A stretch of 64,000 nucleotides of DNA from Brevinematia bacterium (GTDB lineage: Bacteria > Spirochaetota > Brevinematia > Brevinematales > JAOACQ01): NCBI GenBank assembly GCA_049968515.1, contig JBMFQR010000004.1, positions 6,145 to 70,144 of the forward strand, written 5' to 3'. This document shows positions 17,684 to 26,730 of this stretch, piece by piece (the stretch's first letter is position 1; the number at the start of each line of letters is the position of its first letter). A model generated the notes under the pieces. The model was given only the letters and a program-made list of their open reading frames with translations, had not been told where the DNA came from and did not search any database. The position numbers and the translations under genes are program-made.

Positions 17684-19303
17684 CTATCTTAGTGTAAAGC
17701 TCATTATGTTTGATTTTGAGGTTATATTTTCTATATAAATATAAGCCTTGTTACTGCTCGAATAAGTTGTAGATGTAAAGTATATCATTGGTGGATTACT
17801 ATCAGGTGTAAGTCTATCATTATTTCCATAATAAAATGTATCGTTCGAACTTCCATAATCAACCCTTTTTCTTAAATCAAAACCATTCGTTCCATCTGCC
17901 TCTACAACCTCAACCCCGTGTATTCTGTATAAGCCAGCATTGACTATGTTATTGGACATATAATAGTCGGTTGTAAAATTTTCATTTATCCTCAATATTA
18001 AAAGCCCTTCACCGGGCAGATATTCTGTCCAAGTCCCGGGTATTTTAACCTTGTTTTCTATAAGCAGATATTGTCTGCCTGATGGATCTGGGAGGGTTAC
18101 TTTTATGGCTTTCTTACTTTCTTCTATATTGGTGAGTTCGATTATAGTAAACATATGGGGAAAATCAATGGGAAATTCAAAAATTTCTTTGTCTGAATCT
18201 GTTTTTTTATTGTCTGGAAATAAAAAGCAGGATAGATTAAAGAGAGAGAACAAAGAAAACATAATAAAAAGCCTTTTTAGTGCTTTTAGTTTTTCTTTTT
18301 TGAATTTTTCAAAAATTATGTAAGTGATAATTGAGATTAAAATTGCAATATAACTAAAACTATCTTTAAGACCAGCAATCAGCAAGGGCTCTTCAACTGT
18401 TATCCAGCCGAGCCTTGCCTTTTCCCAGGAAAGGAGGGGTGCTGGTTGCTCCCCCAGCTTTTTTGGACCGAGCCACGCACCGTAACTCATAAGGCTCCAG
18501 TCACCAACTCCATGAGTCAGGTAGCTCGTGTCATATAAATCCGGTAGACCAAAGATATGACCAAGTTCATGTGCAAAGACACCAATTGCACTATCACCTG
18601 GGTTTTCAATATACTCAGGCTGGATGGTATAATCGTCAATTACTTTGCCATTGTTTGTCCTTGGTCCGCTTCCATCTCCCCAATCTTTTGCTTCCGAAAG
18701 ACTCCATCTGTGTGACCATATATAGTCTGCGTTTGTAGAGGCAACCTCTTCCCCCATCCCGGCGTGAATTACTATCACACCATCTACCCTGCCATCGCTG
18801 TCATTATCGAACTGGCTAAAATCCACTCCATTGCTTATTGCCATATCAATTGCTTCTCCTACAAGCTCTCCAGCATGAAGGTCATCACCATTGTAGTCAT
18901 TTTTACCATAGTATTGATAATTGCTTTTGGATGTATATATTCCATAAACAATTAATGTGAGATTTAACTTTCCACCCGACATATCGTAGTAATATTTTTT
19001 AAGTGAAAGCTGGTTTTCATTTGTACCATTGAGTAGATTTGAGAAAAAAGTTGTAGTTGAGACACTTTCATTTGATAGATCTGTAAATTGTATAAGTAAG
19101 ACTGGAAATTTTATATTTCCAGATGTTTTAGTTGTCTTCTGTGGTGAATATTCCCTTTTTGTTATGCCTAAAGTTGTTAGTTTTTTTGCAGCATATCCTT
19201 TTACCTGACTTAAAAATATAGAATTGGTTATTATAGATGGATGTGGGGGCATTGAAAAACCCAATCCTGAAATGAGTAGCATTAGAAAAGAAAATTTTTT
19301 CAC
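17684..19303 (-). CDS. M6-family (immune-inhibitor-A-like) zinc metalloprotease with an internal two-helix hydrophobic insertion
   Basis: Signal peptide. 'FAHELGHIFGLPDLYD...GVGDWSLMSYG' is the HExxH plus downstream M6 signature. 'PGEGLLILRINE' matches the conserved GLLIWH-type strand. The hydrophobic insertion spans aa ~306-395. Confidence 0.75.
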   Translation of the reverse strand: MKKFSFLMLLISGLGFSMPPHPSIITNSIFLSQVKGYAAKKLTTLGITKREYSPQKTTKTSGNIKFPVLLIQFTDLSNESVSTTTFFSNLLNGTNENQLSLKKYYYDMSGGKLNLTLIVYGIYTSKSNYQYYGKNDYNGDDLHAGELVGEAIDMAISNGVDFSQFDNDSDGRVDGVIVIHAGMGEEVASTNADYIWSHRWSLSEAKDWGDGSGPRTNNGKVIDDYTIQPEYIENPGDSAIGVFAHELGHIFGLPDLYDTSYLTHGVGDWSLMSYGAWLGPKKLGEQPAPLLSWEKARLGWITVEEPLLIAGLKDSFSYIAILISIITYIIFEKFKKEKLKALKRLFIMFSLFSLFNLSCFLFPDNKKTDSDKEIFEFPIDFPHMFTIIELTNIEESKKAIKVTLPDPSGRQYLLIENKVKIPGTWTEYLPGEGLLILRINENFTTDYYMSNNIVNAGLYRIHGVEVVEADGTNGFDLRKRVDYGSSNDTFYYGNNDRLTPDSNPPMIYFTSTTYSSSNKAYIYIENITSKSNIMSFTLR

Positions 19304-19379
19304 TTTTTCTCCAGACTTTTAGTAATGCTTTATTATTATACTATGAAAGAAATAATCTTGTGAAATCTTTTTGAATATA

Positions 19380-19408
19380 ATTTTAGATGTATTGTCTTTC
19401 CAAGTCAA
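19380..19408 (-). promoter_or_regulatory. Sigma70-type promoter candidate for the M6 protease gene
   Basis: On the minus strand: TTGACT (19408-19403), 17 nt, TAAAAT (19385-19380), ~75 nt upstream of the ATG at 19303. Confidence 0.4.
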
Positions 19409-19464
19409 CAGTCTGAGGAAGGTTGGCTTTAAAGTCAATTAATTTATTTTGGAGATTTATAAGG

Positions 19465-21254
19465 CTATTTCACTTCGAGTATTTCCACTCCATTCCAGTT
19501 CTCATCTACACCATATTTTATATTTCTATCACAGCGGGCGATATATTCTTTAAATACTTTATCGGAAGGATTTTCCTTTTGTAGTTTAGTAAGGTTTTTC
19601 TTTGCTGTCTTAAAATCTTTAGCATAGTAATATTAAAGGCATTTTGAGAATTCAATAGCCTGTTCCCATTTCAGTTTCTTTTGTTTATCGTCATCTGCGT
19701 TGTATATTTCGTATATCTCAACCGGCGTACTTTTGCCTTTGACACACACCTTATCAAGGAAGCGGTAGAGATATTTTTCTTTGTTTTCTACTCTTTCGAG
19801 AGAATAGTTACTTATGATAATCCCCACTCCATACAGCTTTGTTAGGCCCTCAAGCCTTGAGGCAAGATTGACAGCGTCGGAAATGACGGTACCTTCCATT
19901 CTTTTCTCTTCACCAACCGTGCCGAGCATTAGCTTTCTATCATGAATGCCTATGCCAATATCTATTGGCCTATAGTTGGAGTTCTTTCTGTGCTGATTAT
20001 ATTCGATAAGTTTATATCTCATAGAAATTGAAATTGCAGCGTTTAAAGCGTCATCTACCTTTTGAGGGAAGAGAGCCATAATTGCATCACCTATGTACTT
20101 ATCGATAAAGCCATTATTATTTCTTATTTCTGGTCCAACTCTCTTAAGATAGGAATTAATAAATTTAAAGTTTTCTTCTGGCGTCATACTTTCTGAAAGA
20201 CTTGTAAAGGAACGAATGTCAGAAAAGAGAATTGTCATTTCTCTCTCAACACTATCACCAAGTTTTACCTCTATAATGCTTTTTTTGAGAGAAAATCCAG
20301 AAAGTCATGAGGTACAAATCTGTCATAGGCATTTAACAGAGCTACAATTTCATTGCTGTAATCTTCTATCGTTTCTGCCATAATGTTAAAACTGAATGCA
20401 AGTCTTCCAACTTCGTCCTTACTATTCAGATTCTCTCTTATTGAAAAATCCTTTTCACCGAATCTTGAGACAACCCTGTCAAGATACCTTATTCCCTTAG
20501 TAAAAGATGAACCAATGAATATAGAAAGTATTATTGAAATTAAAAGAGCGGCTATTCCTATCGCAAGGATTACATTAACAGTGCTTTTTAAAATCTCCCT
20601 GACATTTTTGTCTGTGACATCGATTCCTAAAAGTGCTACCAGTTTGCCTGTTTTTGGTTCAAAGATTGGAGCATAAGCACTTATGGAATTTACCTTTTCT
20701 TCATAATCAAAGTAGTATTTTTCTTCCACACTTACCTTTTTTTCTTTAATTGCCTTCTTCATTACAGGATATGTGGAAATATCAAATTCCTGATTGAAGT
20801 GGGAAATATTTTCATCACTACTTTGGCTTTCGAGGGCTTTTAATGTATCGGCATCAACTATATACTTTGCCTTGTTTTCAGCTTCACCAGGAGTAAAAAT
20901 ATAGACAGAAGATATAATTTCAGGGCTTATGTCCCTTATCCAATTAAGGGCATCGCAAATATTTTTATAATCTTCAGACATTTCAATCTTTTTAACTTCT
21001 TCATCGGATAGTTTTGATGAAGAAAGCCTTATGAGGTGTTTAAGGTTAGAAATATCAATACTTTTGACACCAAGTTCAGCAATATTTCTAACTCTGTTTT
21101 GCAATTCCTTGAATAGTCTGTTGTCAAGAACTTTATATATGGCAAAGGTAGTGAGAAGAATAAGTAGGGATACAATTATAAAAAAGAGCAAACATACTTT
21201 TAACCTGAGGCTAAATCCACCTTTAAAATGAGTAATTTTTTCAAGTTCTGCCAT
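19465..21254 (-). pseudogene. Class III adenylate/guanylate cyclase with TM-Cache-like-TM-HAMP sensor, disrupted by a frameshift in an A7 run and an in-frame TAA
   Basis: ORF 20271..21254 ends '...RFVPHDFLDFLSKKAL*'. The -1 frame continues 'KKSIIEVKLGDSVEREMTILFSDIRSFT...YIGDAIMALFP' (ORF 19633..20238). The T7 run on the + strand is at 20280-20286. After TAA (19633-19635) the same frame reads 55 more codons, 'YYYAKDF...YIARCDRNIKYGVDENWNGVEILEVK*', to 19465. Confidence 0.6.
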
Positions 21255-21510
21255 ATATACCCCTATGTTTTTATTTTAACAATTATATTATGTAATTTAA
21301 AATTTTTCAAGATGTCAGATATAATTATAATTTTTTTATAAAAATGTGAGCAGCACAGAAGGTGTAAAATTGTCATTCTGGTCAAGTTTAAGAGTAAATA
21401 TTCTTAATTTCATTCAGAATGACCTCAAAGGAATTTGCCTTTTTGGAGGCCTCTCAGTATTATAAATAAAAAGTAATCTCTAAACTATTCAAATTTCTGG
21501 AGATTTTTAG

Positions 21511-22287
21511 ATGGAAAAAAGAAACATTCTTTTGCAACTTGCCTATGATGGAAAGAACTATAATGGCTGGCAAAAACAGAAGAATGCGAAAAGTATTCAG
21601 GCTGTTATAGAAAATGCTTTATCCGAAATTCTAGGTGAAAGGGTAATCTTAATTGGAGCAGGAAGGACCGATGCAAAAGCACATGCCATAAATTACACAG
21701 CAAATTTTCATACTCATAATTTTTCTATTCCTGCGGAGAAATTCAAGCATATTTTAAATTCTAAACTTCCGCCAGATATTTTTGTTATTGACTCGAGAGA
21801 AGTTTCTCACACTTTTCATTCGAGGTTTTCAGCAAAAGCGAGGGAATATGTCTATATTGTTTTAAATAGTCCATCTATTCTACCTCATTTGAGGGATTAT
21901 GTTTATAATCTACCAGAAAGAATAAACATTGAAAAACTTAGAGAGATCACCAATATGTTTACTGGAAGGCATAACTTCAAAAACTTTTCCATAGGATATG
22001 AGAATGAAGATAAAAATCTTGAGAGAATTATATATTATTTCAGGGTAGGGGAGGTGTTTTTTTTAAACCAGAGGCTTATAATTTTTTTCATAAAAGGCAA
22101 TGGATTTTTGAAAGGAATGATAAGGTGTCTGATTTCGGTTTGTTTGAATTATGAGGCTGGAATTCTAAAGAGGGAATGTATAGATTCTGCCTTAAAGAAT
22201 GAAACTCACCTCGAAAGTAAATACAGAGTTCCAGTGCCGGCTTCAGGGCTATATTTTAAGAGGGCATTTTATGACAGTAAGTTATGA
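21511..22287 (+). CDS. truA: tRNA pseudouridine(38-40) synthase TruA
   Basis: 'LQLAYDGKNYNGWQKQ...GAGRTDAKAHA' contains the catalytic GRTD(A/K)GVHA-type motif. Size is 258 aa. Confidence 0.85.
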   Translation: MEKRNILLQLAYDGKNYNGWQKQKNAKSIQAVIENALSEILGERVILIGAGRTDAKAHAINYTANFHTHNFSIPAEKFKHILNSKLPPDIFVIDSREVSHTFHSRFSAKAREYVYIVLNSPSILPHLRDYVYNLPERINIEKLREITNMFTGRHNFKNFSIGYENEDKNLERIIYYFRVGEVFFLNQRLIIFFIKGNGFLKGMIRCLISVCLNYEAGILKRECIDSALKNETHLESKYRVPVPASGLYFKRAFYDSKL

Positions 22288-24699
22288 TACAAGTTCAAGA
22301 GCAAGTTTTACAGCACTAACAGCATCTACAGAATAATATGCATTTATACTATCTGCATAACTTTTTGTTACTGCAGCTCCACCTACCATCACCTTAAAAT
22401 TTTTTCCCTCCCGTTTTTGTAATTTCATAAATTCTCCCATTACTGGCATTGTTGTAGTCATAAGTGCTGAAAGCCCTATTATATCGGCATTAATCTCAAT
22501 GGCTTTTTTTAGTATTACTTCATTCGGAACATCCTTACCGAGATCGTAAACCTCAAATCCATGATTTCTTAACATTAAAATAACAATGTTTTTGCCTATA
22601 TCGTGTACATCACCTTTAACCGTTGCAAAGACTATTTTGCCAGTAGACTTTTTCCCTTCCCTCTTTAACAATGGCTCAAGAATTGAGAAGGCGTTTTTCA
22701 TTGTTTCTGCAGAAAGTATGAGTTGAGGTAGGAAATATATCCTTTCTTCATAGAGCCTTCCTACTTCAGTAATTGCTGGAATCAAAAATCTGTCCAGAAT
22801 TTCAAATGGTTTTAATATTTTAAGTGCCTCATTTATTACTGTGGCGATGTTTTCTCTGTTTCCTTTGAGGACGGATTGATATAGCTTTTCCTCGATTGGT
22901 AGATTTTCAATTTCTTCTGTATTTACAGGATTAATTATAATAGAGGTTTTCTTTTCATTTTCTTCAGAAGAATAAATCCTTATATAGTTTGTACCGAGCT
23001 TATCCTTATTCATAAGGAAGTCACTTGCTTTTATTATTCCCATCAGTTCTCTGTCAAAAGGATTTGCTATTGCTGAAACAAGGCCATTGCCAATTGCCAT
23101 TGCAAGAAAGCTTCTGTTTATGTTTGCCCTTGCCGGTAATCCAAATGAAATATTGGAAAGACCAATAGTGGTGAATAAGCCAAGTTCTTCTTTAAATACT
23201 CTTATTGTTTTCAGTGTTTCCTTTGCTGAATTCTGGTTTGCACTGGCTGTTAAGGCAAGTGGATCAGCAAGAACATTCTTGGTGGAAATACCATTCTGTT
23301 GCAAGATATCGATGAGCTTTTTCATATTTTTTATTCTTTCTTCTGCCAGATGAGGAACTCCTTTAGAACCGAGTGGCAGACATACTACAGCACAGCCGTT
23401 TTTCTTTATTTCGGGAAGTATAGAAAGCCTTTCTTCTTCAAGAGAGATTGAATTCAGTATGGGCTTTCCGGGATAGATTTTCAATGCCTCTCTTGCAGCT
23501 AAAGGATTGGAGGTGTCTATAGAAATCGGTGTGTCCACAATAGATGATAGAATGTTGATTCCCTGTTTAAGTAAAATGATTTCATCAGCGTCAGGAATGC
23601 CCATATTTAAGTCTAAAATATCAGCCATTGCCTTTTTTTGCTTAATTGCTTCTTCTTTAAAAATTTCAAATCTGCCAGATAAGATATCTTCAGAGAGTTT
23701 TTTCCTTGCAGTAGGATTAAGCCTTTCGCCAATTACTGCAAATGGCCTGTCGAATCCTATTGAGGCAATGCCAAATCTGCTTGAGAGATAAAGATCCTGT
23801 GAATTCTTTTCAATCTTTCTGGCTGGGAGGTTTGAATACTTTTTTCTCATCAGAAAGATGTGTTCTGGTGTAGTTCCACAACAACCACCGATTACATCAA
23901 CACCAGCCTCAAGCATCTTTGTTGCAATGTCGGAATACTCTTCTGCACTTATATCATAGACTGTAGCTCCGTCCTTAAGCTGTGGCAAACCGGCATTTGC
24001 CTGTGCAACAACAGGAAGATTTGTAAATCCAGTGGCTCTCTTTACTACGTTTAGCATATCAGATGGTCCTGTGCCGCAGTTTGTACCAATAATGTCTGCA
24101 CCTAATGCCTCTAATGTAATAAATGCAGATTCTGGAGGTGTGCCGGTGAGCATTCTGCCATCTCTTTCAAACGTTACGCTTGCAATGATGGGTAGATTAG
24201 AAACCTCTCTGGCTGCAAAAATTCCAGCCTTTATCTCAAGAATGTCAATGTGTGTCTCGAAGAATATGCAGTCAACTCCACTGTCTGCAAGAACTTCTAT
24301 CTGCTCTTTGTATATTTCTACAGCCTCATCAAATTCAAGTTCTCCGAGGGGATAAATCAGCTTTCCCGTAGGTCCTACATCGCCGGCTACTATAGCTCTA
24401 TCACCTGCTGCCTTTTTTGCTATTCTTACCGCCTGAGAATTAATTTCCTTTAATTTATCTTCCAGCCCAAACTCTTTAAGCTTTATCCTGTTTGCACCAA
24501 ATGTATTTGTAATGATGAGATTGCTTCCAGCCTCAATATAGCTTTTATGCACGCTTTCTATAATCTCTGGATTCGTAAGATTCCAGAGATCCGGACAATC
24601 TCCACCCTTAAGTCCATATTTCTGGAGAAAAACTCCCATTGAACCATCACTGAAAGCAACTTTATTAACTGCAAGTTCGTAAAAATCCTGCCATTTCAT
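22282..24699 (-). CDS. metH: Cobalamin-dependent methionine synthase, short form (Hcy-binding, pterin-binding, B12 cap and B12-binding domains; no AdoMet reactivation domain)
   Basis: 805 aa. N-terminal Hcy S-methyltransferase domain ('GGCCGTTPEHI'), a pterin-binding TIM domain, and the C-terminal 'ATVKGDVHDIGKNIV' DxHxxG B12 motif. The protein ends right after the Rossmann B12 domain. Confidence 0.85.
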   Translation of the reverse strand: MKWQDFYELAVNKVAFSDGSMGVFLQKYGLKGGDCPDLWNLTNPEIIESVHKSYIEAGSNLIITNTFGANRIKLKEFGLEDKLKEINSQAVRIAKKAAGDRAIVAGDVGPTGKLIYPLGELEFDEAVEIYKEQIEVLADSGVDCIFFETHIDILEIKAGIFAAREVSNLPIIASVTFERDGRMLTGTPPESAFITLEALGADIIGTNCGTGPSDMLNVVKRATGFTNLPVVAQANAGLPQLKDGATVYDISAEEYSDIATKMLEAGVDVIGGCCGTTPEHIFLMRKKYSNLPARKIEKNSQDLYLSSRFGIASIGFDRPFAVIGERLNPTARKKLSEDILSGRFEIFKEEAIKQKKAMADILDLNMGIPDADEIILLKQGINILSSIVDTPISIDTSNPLAAREALKIYPGKPILNSISLEEERLSILPEIKKNGCAVVCLPLGSKGVPHLAEERIKNMKKLIDILQQNGISTKNVLADPLALTASANQNSAKETLKTIRVFKEELGLFTTIGLSNISFGLPARANINRSFLAMAIGNGLVSAIANPFDRELMGIIKASDFLMNKDKLGTNYIRIYSSEENEKKTSIIINPVNTEEIENLPIEEKLYQSVLKGNRENIATVINEALKILKPFEILDRFLIPAITEVGRLYEERIYFLPQLILSAETMKNAFSILEPLLKREGKKSTGKIVFATVKGDVHDIGKNIVILMLRNHGFEVYDLGKDVPNEVILKKAIEINADIIGLSALMTTTMPVMGEFMKLQKREGKNFKVMVGGAAVTKSYADSINAYYSVDAVSAVKLALELVS

Positions 24700-24718
24700 T
24701 CCGACTCCTGAAATAACT

Positions 24719-24747
24719 ATTATAACATTTTGGATGTAAATTTACAA
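24719..24747 (-). promoter_or_regulatory. Sigma70-type promoter candidate for metH
   Basis: Minus strand: TTGTAA (24747-24742), 17 nt, TATAAT (24724-24719). AGGAG RBS lies just before the ATG at 24699. Confidence 0.4.
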
Positions 24748-24843
24748 ATCCCTGAGCCGAAAAATCAAATGAAATGGCTATAGGAGCGTCAAGGATAATG
24801 ATGTATAAGTTTATCACAACCTGAAGGAGGATCATTAAAATCG

Positions 24844-25428
24844 CTATATATTCGTATTAGGAGAGCCGGGGCAATACTTTAGCTTTTTAACCCTACCAAG
24901 CTTTTCTGGGACAGCTTCCTTAAAGTCAAAATTTTCAAAACCGCTGAATTTTTTGATAAAATGGTTTCTATCAATTTCAGAGTTGTTTTTAACATCTGAA
25001 ATGCCCCAATATATGTATTCCACGTCAAAAGAAATAATGGGAGTGAAGTTTCCGAGATATAGAATTTTGCCACTTATAGCCTCAAATGGATAATTTACAG
25101 ACTGGCTATCATAAACTTCATAGGTGCTTTCAGAATAGTAATCAACTGACACAATTTTATAATTTCCGGGCTCAAGCACAAATATAAAATCCCCACTTTC
25201 ATCTTCAAAGGCAAAATAAGTGTGGGGTGAGATTTTTCCCTCTTTTTGAATATTTAAACCGATTCTGCCACGAAGAAAGCAAAAATTAGTTTCAAAAGAA
25301 TATGTGCCATAAAGTAAAGAGATGTTTGTATCTGCTTTAATGTCTTGAAGTTTTGTTAGATCTACTTTATGATACAGTGAGGTACAGGAAACAAAAAGAA
25401 AAGCAATAAAGAAAACTATTTGTTTCAT
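24844..25428 (-). CDS. Hypothetical lipoprotein
   Basis: ORF 24844..25440. ATG at 25428 gives MKQIVFFIAFLFVSCTS, a signal peptide with a Cys lipobox. No recognised domain. Confidence 0.5.
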   Translation of the reverse strand: MKQIVFFIAFLFVSCTSLYHKVDLTKLQDIKADTNISLLYGTYSFETNFCFLRGRIGLNIQKEGKISPHTYFAFEDESGDFIFVLEPGNYKIVSVDYYSESTYEVYDSQSVNYPFEAISGKILYLGNFTPIISFDVEYIYWGISDVKNNSEIDRNHFIKKFSGFENFDFKEAVPEKLGRVKKLKYCPGSPNTNI

Positions 25429-25519
25429 ATCCTCTTCCAAAAAATAAAGGTTCTGTAAAAGCCTCTTTTACTTTCTTTCTCGTTGTCTAACTATTATCCC
25501 CCAAAGCGGTAACATTTTG

Positions 25520-25543
25520 GTGCACTGGCGGCAGCCAGTGCAC
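25520..25543 (-). terminator. Perfect 10-bp GC-rich hairpin between GH16 and the lipoprotein gene (terminator-like, no U-tract)
   Basis: GTGCACTGGC (25520-25529), loop GGCA, GCCAGTGCAC (25534-25543). Confidence 0.35.
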
Positions 25544-25605
25544 ATCTAATATAAGATTATTTTAATTAAATAATAGTATTTGTGTCAAGAGAAAAGTGAA
25601 TTTTC

Positions 25606-26571
25606 TTACTTCTGATATACCCTTATCCAGTCGAAGCAGAGATACTGGGGAAATACTGTAGTGGCATCTGGGTAGCCGGGCCAGTTGCCACCAATGGCAA
25701 GATTTATTATGATGTAGAATGGCTGGTGAAACTCTGTCTTTCCAGTGCCGGTTATGTCCATTGCAAAATAATAAGTTCCATCCACACCTATTTTAATATA
25801 GGTTGACGTCCATTCAAGCTCATAGATATGAAACTGGAGAGGATTCGATATTCTAGTGCTTGTTCCATATTGAGCATGTTGTCCTCCCTCATCCCAGTGA
25901 AGTGTACCATATACGAAATTTGATGGATTACCTATCTGCTCCATTATGTCAATCTCGCCACAGGCTGGCCATGTATAGTTATTACCTAACATCCAGAAAG
26001 CCGGCCACACTCCCTTGCCGTATGGAAGGGCAATTCTACCAACTACCTTGCCATACTGCCATGATTTCTTTCCTTTAGTTACCATTCTTGCAGATGTGAA
26101 AGAATTATAGGTGTAATTATTGTTTACTTTTATTGCCTTGATAACAAGCATGCCATTAGTTACAAAAGCATTCGGTCCACCAGTGCCATTATCAGTATAG
26201 TCCTGATATTCATTGTTCCAATACTGTGACCATCCAGTTGCTTTCGTTTCATAACTCCATACAGATGTATCGATACCGCTTCCATTAAACTCATCACTCC
26301 AGACAAGATAGTATCCTATGCCGGGGTTGTATTCTCCACCGTTTGTGCTTGGAAAGGTGAAAGTTGCACTCGAACTTATACTGCTATTGGCAGAGGTTGA
26401 TGTACTCGAATTGCTTGTTAGGCTTGAGTTTTCACTGCTGTTGGCGGATGAGATACTACTTGACGATGAGATACTACTTGACGAAGAACTCTTACTCTGA
26501 CTTATAATATCGCAACTGAAACTGAAAGTTAGAAACACTGCAAAAAAAATGTGAAGCCTTTTTTCTTTCAT
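25606..26571 (-). CDS. Secreted glycoside hydrolase family 16 (laminarinase/beta-glucanase-like) with Ser-rich linker
   Basis: Signal peptide, poly-Ser linker, then 'WPAFWMLGN...WPACGEIDIMEQIG' (GH16 catalytic ExDxxE) and 'FYIIINLAIGGNWPG'. Confidence 0.8.
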   Translation of the reverse strand: MKEKRLHIFFAVFLTFSFSCDIISQSKSSSSSSISSSSSISSANSSENSSLTSNSSTSTSANSSISSSATFTFPSTNGGEYNPGIGYYLVWSDEFNGSGIDTSVWSYETKATGWSQYWNNEYQDYTDNGTGGPNAFVTNGMLVIKAIKVNNNYTYNSFTSARMVTKGKKSWQYGKVVGRIALPYGKGVWPAFWMLGNNYTWPACGEIDIMEQIGNPSNFVYGTLHWDEGGQHAQYGTSTRISNPLQFHIYELEWTSTYIKIGVDGTYYFAMDITGTGKTEFHQPFYIIINLAIGGNWPGYPDATTVFPQYLCFDWIRVYQK

Positions 26572-26650
26572 ACTTTACCTCCATATATAATATTATAACA
26601 TAAAAAAAGCTATATAGCAAGAGTTAAAATATAAAACTTCAGGGACTGTC

Positions 26651-26689
26651 AAAAAATTTTTCCCCGACCTGATAGGGGTTAGGCCGGGG
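26651..26689 (-). terminator. Terminator-like hairpin downstream of lpxC
   Basis: Minus strand: CCCCGGCCT (26689-26681), 10-nt loop, AGGTCGGGG (26670-26662) with one A/C mismatch, then AAAAATTTTTT. Confidence 0.45.
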
Positions 26690-26730
26690 AAACGGTTGAG
26701 GATGATTTTTATAGAGAAGGAGTCAAATGT

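Noticed and set aside
24700-24843. Possible SAM or B12 riboswitch upstream of metH
   Set aside because: A TTGTAA-17-TATAAT promoter lies about 20 nt from the RBS, which leaves no room for an aptamer. No riboswitch core sequences were seen.
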